This document shows positions 28,834 through 36,938 of a DNA stretch of 55,351 nucleotides, in pieces. Both the position numbers and the translations under genes were made by a program. A model generated the notes under the pieces. It was given only the letters and a program-made list of their open reading frames with translations. It searched no databases and was not told where the DNA came from. Numbering within the stretch: the stretch's first letter is position 1; every line of letters begins with the position of its first letter. This stretch comes from a virus (Duplodnaviria; Heunggongvirae; Uroviricota; Caudoviricetes): positions 1 through 55,351 of IMG/VR virus record IMGVR_UViG_3300033146_005641. The stretch is one strand, 5' to 3'.

Positions 28834-31800
28834 ATGGAGTTTACTAAATATCAATATGAAAATATCTTTCAGGTTAGTAGAAAAGAGGGTAGAAAAAATA
28901 TAGTTGAGGTAAAGGCTCGGATTTTTGATCCCGAATCTAAAGAATCTTTTTTTATAGACGTGACAAGTGATAGTATACCAGATTTATATACTATCACAAC
29001 CCAAGATACACTATGGAAATCATATTTAGATAGTAATGTTAGCCTACAAAAACACTCATTTGAAAGTATTCAAGAATATAAAAAATTTTTAAAAGACTAT
29101 AAGTATAATGTACTTGATGAGGAGGGTAGTCAAGTATATAAAACTATCGATTTTGATGGTGAAGAAATAGAAATACCTGTAACAGAGTTTAAAGATACTA
29201 TATTTGGATATCAGAATTTGTCTCATACGTTTATTCGAAATAAATTTAAAGATTCTGAAAAAAGTAATCATACTCATAGAGTATGGTTCTTAGATATTGA
29301 AACTAGAGCTAATCAAGCAGTTGACCACTTTCCGTGGCCAGAAACAGCACCTGAAGAAATTACTATGATTCAGATATATGATAATTTCGATAATATGTAT
29401 TATATATTTGGTAGAAAGGATTTTACGGGAGCTTTCGAAAAGAGTAATGTAAAATATATTAAAATAGCCGAAGAAAAAGATCTTTTAGAAATATTTCTGA
29501 GACTCCTAGAAAAGAAGAAACCGTCTGTTATATCTGGGTGGAACTCTCTAGGTTTTGATATGACATATATAACAAATCGTATAGCTATAGTCTTAGATGG
29601 TGTACGAGCAACAGAAAATGAACTAAAAGAAATTCTAAATCATAAGCATAGTTATAAAGAACTTAAAAATGTAAAAAGATTAAGTCCTGTAGGCATTGTA
29701 GAAGCTAAATCTAGCTTTACTATGGACGGTATGGACTGTACGGAAGTAAAATGGTATGGTATTAATCTTATAGATTATAGAGAACTTACAATCAAGTATG
29801 GATTTTTAGGACTGCCTAGTTATAGTTTAAAAAATGTTGCTAAACATTTTGATCTATCTCAAAAACTTGATAATAGTATGTATAAATCTTTTGATGGATT
29901 TTATACAGGAGAGGGTTGGATTCAGCCACCCGAGGATGAAACAGACCTAGATGATATAGTTACAAGATATCAACTAGGATATAAATCAGGTAAATATTCT
30001 AAAAAAGAATTACAACAGGTAGTATATAATAGATTCGTTGACTATTCCTTAAGAGACGTGGAAATACTTGTTGAACTAGATGAACTGACTAAATATTTAG
30101 ATTCACATAAACAAATTGCATATTTTGCTGGTGTATCTATGGATGATAATTGGGGAACGCAAAAACACTGGGTTTCTATGATGTATAGAGAATCTCTAAA
30201 TAAAGGATTAGTTCTTCCCCTAAAACAACAGTATGGTGATGAGAGCACTCCGTGGTTAGCAGGATGGGTTCGTACAATTCCTGGTAGATATAGATATATT
30301 AGCTCGTTCGACTTTACCTCTCTATATCCTAGTCTTATTAGAGCGTGGAATATTGGAGGAGATACATACCTAAAAGAATATCAGATTCCTCAAGAATTAA
30401 AAGATCTAAGAGATAAATATTTCTGGTATTTTACAAGAAAAAACCTTAATAGGGATGAAGCGTTTGGAGAGCTAGGCGAAACCGTTAAGAAATATGATGA
30501 TAAAATCAATGATATACCTGAAGAGAAGAAATTTTATTTAGAACTTATGGAGAATAGAGATATTATCTCTAAAACTCTTAAAAAATATAATGTTCAAATT
30601 ACACCTAATGGATATTTTTATAGAAAAGATACCCAGAGTATTTTCTCGGGACAGATGGAGAAATTTTTTAAAGAGAGACTTAAAGAAAAAAGACTAGGTC
30701 AAAAATATGAAGCTATTTTATCAGATACAGATAAAGATAATGATAAATATCAAGAGATAAAACAAAAGAAAGAATATCATGAAAATAGATCTATCGTACT
30801 TAAAGTACTATTAAATAGTGCATATGGTGTTTCAGCCTTAAGTAGTAATCCTTTCGGACAGGGAAGAATTACGGGAGGTAGTATTACTATTAGTGGTAGA
30901 ATGAGTAATAATCTTGTCTCTATGAATCTGAATAAATATATAGCAGAGGTCGTTGACGATAAAGAGACTGTCAAAAATCCGTGGAATATGAAGTATATTA
31001 TTCAAGCCGATACAGATAGTTGCTACGTTAATCTGGGATCTATTATAGAGAAAAAGTTTAAAAATCTAGAGGAATCTAAAAAAATTAAGCTTTTACTTAA
31101 ATTAAGTAGTGAAAAACTTCAAGATATTATTAATAATACTATACAGGAGATAGGAGATACTTTTAATCTTTCAGAGCCTGAAGCACTAAAGATGGAAAAT
31201 GAGGTAATTACAGAAAGTTTTGTATCTCTAGCTTTAAAGAGATACTTTACAGATGTAGTAGTAAATGATGGACATATACTATCTAAACCTAAAAGAAAAA
31301 TAGTAGGTGTTTCTTTGGTATCATATAGTACTCCACCTGCCTTAAAGAGGTTACTATCACCTGTTGTGGATATTGCTTTAGAGGGAGGAGAGACAGAGGT
31401 AAGAGAATATATACATAAGTCAAGACACGAATTTGCTGAATTAGATCCTGTTGAATTTGCTAGAACAGCTAAAGTGAATAATTTAAATTATATGGAAAGA
31501 GATGGAAAGTATAAAAGACAAAAAGAGGATGGTACGTGGTTAACAGCACCTCTAGGTAGTACGGCCGCTCTTAATCATAATAAAATTACTAAAATGTTAA
31601 ATATTCAAGAGATATTCCCGCCTGTAGAAAAAGGTGATTCTTTAAGCTATGTATATATAAAAGAACCTAATAAATTAAATATACGTTCTGCACTAGGATG
31701 GACAGATCCTAAATTAAGTAAAAAGATAAACTTGAAATCATTTGCAGACTATGATTTACACTGGGAAAAAGATTTTATAAATAAGATAGATATAATTATT

Positions 31801-31854
31801 AAACCATTAAATTGGAATATTCACGCCAGAACTCAAGAAATTGATGAATGGTAG
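28834..31854 (+). CDS. Family B DNA polymerase (T4 gp43-like)
   Basis: Exonuclease LDIE and GWNSLGFD; polymerase DFTSLYPS, KVLLNSAYG, DTDS. Confidence 0.95.
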   Translation: MEFTKYQYENIFQVSRKEGRKNIVEVKARIFDPESKESFFIDVTSDSIPDLYTITTQDTLWKSYLDSNVSLQKHSFESIQEYKKFLKDYKYNVLDEEGSQVYKTIDFDGEEIEIPVTEFKDTIFGYQNLSHTFIRNKFKDSEKSNHTHRVWFLDIETRANQAVDHFPWPETAPEEITMIQIYDNFDNMYYIFGRKDFTGAFEKSNVKYIKIAEEKDLLEIFLRLLEKKKPSVISGWNSLGFDMTYITNRIAIVLDGVRATENELKEILNHKHSYKELKNVKRLSPVGIVEAKSSFTMDGMDCTEVKWYGINLIDYRELTIKYGFLGLPSYSLKNVAKHFDLSQKLDNSMYKSFDGFYTGEGWIQPPEDETDLDDIVTRYQLGYKSGKYSKKELQQVVYNRFVDYSLRDVEILVELDELTKYLDSHKQIAYFAGVSMDDNWGTQKHWVSMMYRESLNKGLVLPLKQQYGDESTPWLAGWVRTIPGRYRYISSFDFTSLYPSLIRAWNIGGDTYLKEYQIPQELKDLRDKYFWYFTRKNLNRDEAFGELGETVKKYDDKINDIPEEKKFYLELMENRDIISKTLKKYNVQITPNGYFYRKDTQSIFSGQMEKFFKERLKEKRLGQKYEAILSDTDKDNDKYQEIKQKKEYHENRSIVLKVLLNSAYGVSALSSNPFGQGRITGGSITISGRMSNNLVSMNLNKYIAEVVDDKETVKNPWNMKYIIQADTDSCYVNLGSIIEKKFKNLEESKKIKLLLKLSSEKLQDIINNTIQEIGDTFNLSEPEALKMENEVITESFVSLALKRYFTDVVVNDGHILSKPKRKIVGVSLVSYSTPPALKRLLSPVVDIALEGGETEVREYIHKSRHEFAELDPVEFARTAKVNNLNYMERDGKYKRQKEDGTWLTAPLGSTAALNHNKITKMLNIQEIFPPVEKGDSLSYVYIKEPNKLNIRSALGWTDPKLSKKINLKSFADYDLHWEKDFINKIDIIIKPLNWNIHARTQEIDEW

Positions 31855-31909
31855 CGATATTTAATCTTATCTTAAGATTATTATTATATAATTATAAAAG
31901 TTAAAAAGA

Positions 31910-31917
31910 TATAAATA
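31910..31917 (+). promoter_or_regulatory. T4-type late promoter TATAAATA before the tRNA array
   Basis: Exact octamer; a TTAAG/TATAAT site lies just upstream. Confidence 0.5.
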
Positions 31918-31944
31918 ACTAAAATTTAAAAAAGGAAAGCTAAT

Positions 31945-32109
31945 ATGTGTAAATATATAAGACAAGATTTATTACAACCGTCATCATATAGTTATAGTAT
32001 TGGTTTTCCCAGTGATATAAAACAGTCACATAACTCTTGTGATGAGTATATGAAAGCTAATACGGTCGAATTTAAGGCCTGTATTAATTTTCAAGGTCTC
32101 ACCGAGTAG
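31945..32109 (+). CDS. 54-aa leader ORF ahead of the tRNA array
   Basis: AAGGA RBS, open frame, stop inside a hairpin arm. Confidence 0.5.
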   Translation: MCKYIRQDLLQPSSYSYSIGFPSDIKQSHNSCDEYMKANTVEFKACINFQGLTE

Positions 32110-32179
32110 TTCCTATTATCAGGAACTACGAAAGTGGTTCCTGACTTCAAAATCAGAAATCACTTCAAAAAAATTTAAT

Positions 32180-32256
32180 GCCGGTTTAGCTCAGTTGGCC
32201 AGAGTGCTTCACTTGTAATGAAGAGGCCGAGGGTTCGAATCCTTCAACCGGCACCA
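32180..32256 (+). tRNA. tRNA-Thr(TGT)
   Basis: Cloverleaf, GTTCGAATC, CCA. Confidence 0.93.
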
Positions 32257-32265
32257 CTTAAATAT

Positions 32266-32342
32266 CTAGGTATAGTTCAGTTAGGCAGAACACCTGGTTT
32301 GGGACCAGGAGGTCGTAGGTTCGATCCCTACTACCTAGACCA
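32266..32342 (+). tRNA. tRNA-Pro(TGG)
   Basis: Cloverleaf, CCA. Confidence 0.93.
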
Positions 32343-32345
32343 TAT

Positions 32346-32420
32346 ACACCTATAACTCAGTGGTAGAGTACTTCTCTTACAAGGAAGGAGTCGATAGTTC
32401 GAGTCTATCTAGGTGTACCA
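32346..32420 (+). tRNA. tRNA-Val(TAC)
   Basis: Cloverleaf, CCA. Confidence 0.92.
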
Positions 32421-32434
32421 TGTAGATCGTAAAT

Positions 32435-32510
32435 GGGGTGTTAGCTCAGCGGGTAGAGCGCTTGTTTTGCAAGCAAGAGGTCCAGAGTTCGATTCTCTGA
32501 CATTCCACCA
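32435..32510 (+). tRNA. tRNA-Ala(TGC)
   Basis: Cloverleaf, G3:U70, CCA. Confidence 0.92.
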
Positions 32511-32514
32511 TTTT

Positions 32515-32601
32515 GGATACGTCGTCAGTAGGGAGACAGCCGGTCTTGAAAACCGTGTGCGGATCAAACCGTTGTGAGTTCGAGTCTCACCGTATCCTCC
32601 A
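32515..32601 (+). tRNA. tRNA-Ser(TGA), atypical D arm
   Basis: Acceptor GGATACG/CGTATCC, long variable arm, CCA. Confidence 0.8.
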
Positions 32602-32702
32602 TAAAATAAAAAGGGTTTATAAATGGAAAAGAGTTTAGAGTTTAAAGGTAGCTTTAGATAATAAAATAGTTGTTTTGTGAAGCTTTTTAGATGATTTATT
32701 AC

Positions 32703-32778
<76 letters not shown>

Positions 32779-32781
32779 TTT

Positions 32782-32857
<76 letters not shown>

Positions 32858-32862
32858 GGTGG

Positions 32863-32946
32863 GCTCCGATGGCGAAATTGGTAGACGCGCTAGATTTAGG
32901 ATCTAGTACATTGAGTGTGAGAGTTCGAGTCTCTCTCGGAGTACCA
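32863..32946 (+). tRNA. tRNA-Leu(TAG)
   Basis: Cloverleaf with variable arm, CCA. Confidence 0.92.
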
Positions 32947-33057
32947 AAGAAATTTAATATTTTATTTGTTTTTAAGGTATATTACTATATAATATATGTA
33001 TAAAAAGAGATAGATAATATTTTAGGTTATTTAAGTTATAATTGTTAATAATACATT

Positions 33058-33187
33058 TTATATAAACTCAAATTATATGAAGATTGGATAGACTGAGCGA
33101 ATGAGTTCGATTCTCATTAACAAAGGTATGGTACAGATCGCGAGGTAGTTAGTCGGTTCGATTCCGACATAATTTGAGTTTATATAA
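33058..33187 (+). ncRNA. Putative double-T-loop tRNA-mimic RNA, copy 1
   Basis: Perfect 19-bp terminal stem enclosing two GTTCGATTC hairpins. Confidence 0.6.
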
Positions 33188-33307
33188 GGCGTTGATTTTT
33201 CTCTTGTAGTGAGAGTTTCCTGTCTCGTCTGAAGCCGAATTATTAGATAGTCGTTCTAACCAAACGATACTTTTAATTTGAGGGATATTAAATAGGAAAA
33301 AATAAAC

Positions 33308-33384
33308 GTACTGGTAGCTCAGCGGGTAGTAGCATCCGATTTTTAATCGGAAGGTCGTGAGTTCGATTCTCACTCAGTACACCA
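33308..33384 (+). tRNA. tRNA-Lys(TTT)
   Basis: Cloverleaf, CCA. Confidence 0.92.
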
Positions 33385-33386
33385 AA

Positions 33387-33460
33387 CCTCAGTTAGTTCA
33401 ATGGTAGAACGTTCGACTGATAATCGGAAAACGGAAGTTCAATTCTTCCACTGAGGACCA
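33387..33460 (+). tRNA. tRNA-Ile(GAT)
   Basis: Cloverleaf, CCA. Confidence 0.92.
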
Positions 33461-33465
33461 TAAAC

Positions 33466-33550
33466 GTAGTCTAAAAGCTGATCGGATTCAGCAGCGGGAC
33501 TGTAAATCCCGTCCTTAAAGGGGGTGGTTCGAGTCCACTAGACTACACCA
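33466..33550 (+). tRNA. tRNA-Tyr(GTA)
   Basis: Anticodon arm CGGGA-CTGTAAA-TCCCG, variable arm, CCA. Confidence 0.88.
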
Positions 33551-33555
33551 TTAAT

Positions 33556-33640
33556 GCATCTATGGCGGAATTGGTAGACGCGCTGGACTTAAAATCCAGT
33601 TCTTTAGAGAGTTCCGGTTCAAATCCGGATAGATGCACCA
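33556..33640 (+). tRNA. tRNA-Leu(TAA)
   Basis: Cloverleaf, CCA. Confidence 0.93.
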
Positions 33641-33731
33641 GACAATATAAAAGAACGTTTTATAAAAGTTTAAGAAAATTTTTGTAAAGCGTTCTAAAAT
33701 AAGTCCTAGGTTTATTTTGGAGCGTGAGATC

Positions 33732-33817
33732 ACAAATAAAGTTCTTGGTTAGACGTGCGGTGCAAATCCGTTTTACCATAGTAGGTGCGGAAGGTTCAAT
33801 CCCTTCGCTTTATTTGT
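33732..33817 (+). ncRNA. Putative double-T-loop tRNA-mimic RNA, copy 2
   Basis: 11-bp terminal stem, TTGGTTAGAC, two 7-nt T-loop hairpins. Confidence 0.55.
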
Positions 33818-33882
33818 TAAAACTTATAATGAAGGCCAAGTTATAAGGATTTCCGGTTAGGTCTTCCGTAAAAAGACTATCA

Positions 33883-33967
33883 GGAAGTGGCACGTAAGGT
33901 ACGTAAGAGGTTTGCTAAACCTTGGCCGGTAAAACGGTAGTGAGTTCGATTCTCACCATTTCCACCA
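33883..33967 (+). tRNA. tRNA-Ser(GCT), shortened D arm
   Basis: Anticodon arm, long variable arm, T arm, CCA. Confidence 0.8.
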
Positions 33968-34014
33968 TATTTAATTGTATTTTAAGCAAGATTATTATAT
34001 AATATGTGTATAAT

Positions 34015-34088
34015 GGCTCCTTAGATTATTGGTAGATCGACGCTCTTTCACAGCGTAGAGACCGGGTCAGTACCGGTAGGAGTCACCA
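34015..34088 (+). tRNA. tRNA-Glu(TTC), non-canonical T loop
   Basis: ACGCT-CTTTCAC-AGCGT, CCA. Confidence 0.85.
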
Positions 34089-34090
34089 TT

Positions 34091-34165
34091 GCTCTCATAG
34101 TATAGTGGTTATTACGCCGGTTTGTCACATCGGTAACCGGAGTTCAATTCTCCGTGGGAGCGCCA
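34091..34165 (+). tRNA. tRNA-Asp(GTC)
   Basis: Cloverleaf, GCCA. Confidence 0.92.
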
Positions 34166-34169
34166 TTAA

Positions 34170-34246
34170 GGACTAATAGCTCAGTTGGTTAGAGCCCTCT
34201 GCTCATAACGGAGTGGTCGTAAGTTCGAATCTTACTTAGTCCACCA
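34170..34246 (+). tRNA. tRNA-CAT (Ile2-like or elongator Met)
   Basis: Cloverleaf, CTCATAA loop, CCA. Confidence 0.88.
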
Positions 34247-34254
34247 TTTTATAT

Positions 34255-34328
34255 TCCGGTGTACTCAATTGGCACGAGGCGGAGCTGTTAACTCTAAATA
34301 TGCTGGTTCAAATCCAGCCACCGGAGCC
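34255..34328 (+). tRNA. tRNA-Asn(GTT); no exact encoded CCA
   Basis: TCCGGTG/CACCGGA acceptor, CTGTTAA loop. Confidence 0.85.
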
Positions 34329-34376
34329 CACCACCAAGTTTTGACTTATTGAACTTCAAAGTTCAGGTGGTGACCA
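34329..34376 (+). ncRNA. Putative 48-nt mini-tRNA (acceptor plus T arm, ACCA end)
   Basis: CACCACC/GGTGGTG stem, TGAAC-TTCAAA-GTTCA arm, ACCA. Confidence 0.5.
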
Positions 34377-34389
34377 TCATAAAAAATAA

Positions 34390-34465
34390 GGATGAGTAGC
34401 ACAACTGGCAGTGCAACAGGTTTTGAGCCTGTGGGTTAGAGGTTCGAATCCTCTCTCATCTTCCA
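34390..34465 (+). tRNA. tRNA-Gln(TTG)
   Basis: ACAGG-TTTTGAG-CCTGT, CCA. Confidence 0.88.
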
Positions 34466-34475
34466 TTTTAAATAT

Positions 34476-34552
34476 CGCTGGCGGGAGGTAGGTATCTCAC
34501 GAGGGCTCATAACCCTTGTTAACTCGGTTCAATTCCGAGGCTTCAGTAACCA
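34476..34552 (+). tRNA. tRNA-fMet(CAT)
   Basis: C1:A72 mismatch, GGG/CCC anticodon stem; irregular acceptor. Confidence 0.8.
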
Positions 34553-34555
34553 AAT

Positions 34556-34631
34556 ATATCAGTAGCTCTAATGGTAGAGCAGGAGATTCCAAATCTTCAG
34601 GTTGTGGGTTCAAATCCTACCTGGTATGCCA
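34556..34631 (+). tRNA. tRNA-Trp(CCA)
   Basis: Cloverleaf, GCCA. Confidence 0.92.
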
Positions 34632-34786
34632 AAAAATTAAAAAATTTTAGTTAAGTTTTTCGACATTAAATAAAGTTTATAGGAGGCTACTCGAGCAGAA
34701 TCTAATATTCTGTGCTTCTGAAAAAGTTCCTGTGGAGATAGGACAATTATTATAGTTAACTCAGAAATTTTCTAGAAAATTTTTAG

Positions 34787-34862
34787 GGTGACTATAGTAC
34801 AACGGTTAGTACACTCGTCTGTGGAACGAGGTATTGGAGTTCGATTCTCCATAGTCACACCA
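34787..34862 (+). tRNA. tRNA-His(GTG)
   Basis: Cloverleaf, encoded G-1, ACCA end. Confidence 0.9.
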
Positions 34863-34865
34863 AAT

Positions 34866-34942
34866 GCCGCCTTATCTCAGCCGGATAGAGCAGAGAACTT
34901 CTAATTCTCGGGTCACACGTTCAAATCGTGTAGATGGTACCA
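34866..34942 (+). tRNA. tRNA-Arg(TCT)
   Basis: GAGAA-CTTCTAA-TTCTC, CCA; acceptor mismatches. Confidence 0.85.
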
Positions 34943-35297
34943 TAGAAAATTTTAATAGGTCTTCATATTAGGTTGAAGATCTACAAAGTTTTCTTATTTT
35001 TGATGAAAAATAAGTGGTGAGTCCTAATAGGCAATCAGCGCCTCTCAATCATATAATATCTGTATGTAAAACATCGACTTAGTATGATAAGCGGGAACCT
35101 AAAATAGTTTTATATTTGGCTTCAAACAAATATAAATTAAAAGTAATTCTATTGAAACTACTGACAATCTATGACAAACAGGATAAAACACTCCATTGTA
35201 TCTCTGTGATAGAAGGAAGCGGGAAAATCCTTACAAATCCTGTAGTTAAGTTATTAAAAGACCTTGAAAGAGGTCGCTTAACTTTAAGATATATAAT

Positions 35298-35370
35298 GGC
35301 TAGATTCAATGGAGAAAACTCAGATCTCATAAGTCAGAGAAGTGCGGGTCGGTGCCGCATCTAGTCACCA
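35298..35370 (+). tRNA. Degenerate tRNA-CAT (Met-like)
   Basis: GGCTAGA/TCTAGTC acceptor, CTCATAA loop, ACCA; aberrant D and T loops. Confidence 0.6.
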
Positions 35371-35386
35371 TCGGAAGGAAAAATAA

Positions 35387-35674
35387 ATGCTAAAAGATGT
35401 CAAGAATGTAGAAGATTGTGAGATTGGAAACTATCTTTTCATTTTATTTCGACGTTCTAGGGGAAGATTTTCAGAAGCGTTTATTAGTAAAGTGATAGAT
35501 GATAACATATTTAAAAATACCCTAGTTCTGAAAGATATTAAGAATTTTACAAATCCTGAAGATATTAATCAAGAATGGTATTGTAATTTTAATTCTGAAT
35601 TTAAAGTTATTAAAAAAATAAAGAAAGAAAATATTGAAAATTTTGAAGAAAAGTTTCCTCAATATTTTATATAA
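35387..35674 (+). CDS. Hypothetical protein ending FPQYFI, inside the tRNA array
   Basis: AAGGA RBS; C-terminal motif. Confidence 0.75.
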   Translation: MLKDVKNVEDCEIGNYLFILFRRSRGRFSEAFISKVIDDNIFKNTLVLKDIKNFTNPEDINQEWYCNFNSEFKVIKKIKKENIENFEEKFPQYFI

Positions 35675-35676
35675 AC

Positions 35677-35751
35677 GTCGCAATGTCTGAATGGTAAAGA
35701 ACCTGATTGCAAACCGGGTATTAGTGAGTTCGATTCTCACTTGCGACTCCA
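35677..35751 (+). tRNA. tRNA-Cys(GCA)
   Basis: Cloverleaf, U73, CCA. Confidence 0.9.
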
Positions 35752-35756
35752 TAGAC

Positions 35757-35833
35757 GTCTCGATAGTTCAACTGGATAGAATATTCGGCTACGGACCGAA
35801 AGGCTGAGGGTTCGAATCCTTCTCGGGACACCA
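35757..35833 (+). tRNA. tRNA-Arg(ACG)
   Basis: Cloverleaf, CCA. Confidence 0.92.
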
Positions 35834-35920
35834 AAGGGAAAATGAAAGCTTTAGACTTAGATTCTTTAGAAAGAGAAGTAGTTATCTTAAGATCATATCT
35901 ATCTTTTAGAGAATGCGTTT

Positions 35921-35948
35921 TGCAAAACGCAAAACGCAAAACGCAAAA
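35921..35948 (+). repeat. (GCAAAAC)4 tandem repeat
   Basis: Seen directly. Confidence 0.8.
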
Positions 35949-36020
35949 CAAACAGGATACTTATAGAATTAGTTTTAAAAAGAAGAAAGTTAAAAAATTT
36001 CAAATATATAAAGAATAAAA

Positions 36021-36488
36021 ATGAAAAAAAGAGAAAGAAAAGTTCATACGATGGATGTAGAGGAAGTGAGGAAGTTTATATTAGATTATCCAACAGCTAA
36101 AATTTATCTCGGAGCCGATTCTCAAAGAATCCGAAAGAAAAGAGTAAAATTTGTCGTTGTTGTTGTTGTTCACTATGAGGGTCATTGCGGAGCTAAAATA
36201 TTTTATGAAACATCTTATGATCACATTACAGATGCTAAACTTTCAAGACCCTTCAATAGAATGATGAAGGAAGTTCAGCTTTTAACAGAATTATATACTC
36301 AATTAGAAGATATTTTATGGAATAGAGATTTTGAAATTCATATCGATGTTAATCCTGAAAAAGGTACCGGTTCTAATGTTGCTTATCAGGCAGCTAAAGG
36401 TGTTATTTGGGGTATGATAGGTGTAGAGCCTGTATGTAAACCTGAGGCATGGTGTGCCTCAACTGTGGCGGATAAATATTCGAAATAA
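36021..36488 (+). CDS. RNase H-like YkuK (DUF458) family protein
   Basis: IYLGADSQ, VVVVH, R...EV, EIHIDVN, KP.AWCAS..AD. Confidence 0.75.
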   Translation: MKKRERKVHTMDVEEVRKFILDYPTAKIYLGADSQRIRKKRVKFVVVVVVHYEGHCGAKIFYETSYDHITDAKLSRPFNRMMKEVQLLTELYTQLEDILWNRDFEIHIDVNPEKGTGSNVAYQAAKGVIWGMIGVEPVCKPEAWCASTVADKYSK

Positions 36489-36490
36489 GT

Positions 36491-36706
36491 ATGAAAAAGA
36501 GTATATACCTATACGTTATTAATAATAAACTCTATGAGGTTTACTATAAATATAATAAAAATATTACTTATAGATATGTAAAAGAGTATGGATCACGAGA
36601 TAAACCTATAAGATATTATGATTATGGAAGAAAAAAATCATTAGGTATGGCCCGGGTTCTTACTAAAGAACAAGCTAGAGAAAAATTTCCTCAATATTTT
36701 ATTTGA
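36491..36706 (+). CDS. Hypothetical protein ending FPQYFI
   Basis: ORF; C-terminal motif. Confidence 0.7.
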   Translation: MKKSIYLYVINNKLYEVYYKYNKNITYRYVKEYGSRDKPIRYYDYGRKKSLGMARVLTKEQAREKFPQYFI

Positions 36707-36707
36707 T

Positions 36708-36759
36708 TTTAAGTTTTATTACACTATAATATATTATATAAAGAGAAAAGGATAGAAAG
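36708..36759 (+). promoter_or_regulatory. Early promoter/RBS module
   Basis: TTTAAG-N11-TATAAT plus AAGGATAGAAAG-ATG. Confidence 0.75.
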
Positions 36760-36927
36760 ATGAAAACGAGATTTAACAATGCTGAATATTATGATTTTAT
36801 ATATGGTGAAGATATTGTAATAACTTCATTAGAAGGATATCCATATTCTGAAGATATTAATTCAGATTTCAACGAAAACGATAGTAATTAATATTTTAAA
36901 TCTAAAATTAATCAATATTTTATTTGA
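36760..36927 (+). pseudogene. Repeat-less relic of the LRR family (C-cap only), in-frame TAA at 36889
   Basis: TSLEGYPYSEDINSDF...*YFKSKINQYFI aligns to the LRR C-cap. Confidence 0.6.
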
Positions 36928-36938
36928 TTTATAGAAAG

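Noticed and set aside
15293-31854. Inteins or introns in nrdA, nrdB, ligase or polymerase
   Set aside because: The ORFs are continuous and of ordinary length, with no intein-end or LAGLIDADG motifs seen.
35116-35951. ORFs 35116..35364 (+), 35522..35752 (-) and 35721..35951 (-)
   Set aside because: They overlap tRNAs or a better-supported gene and have no clear RBS.
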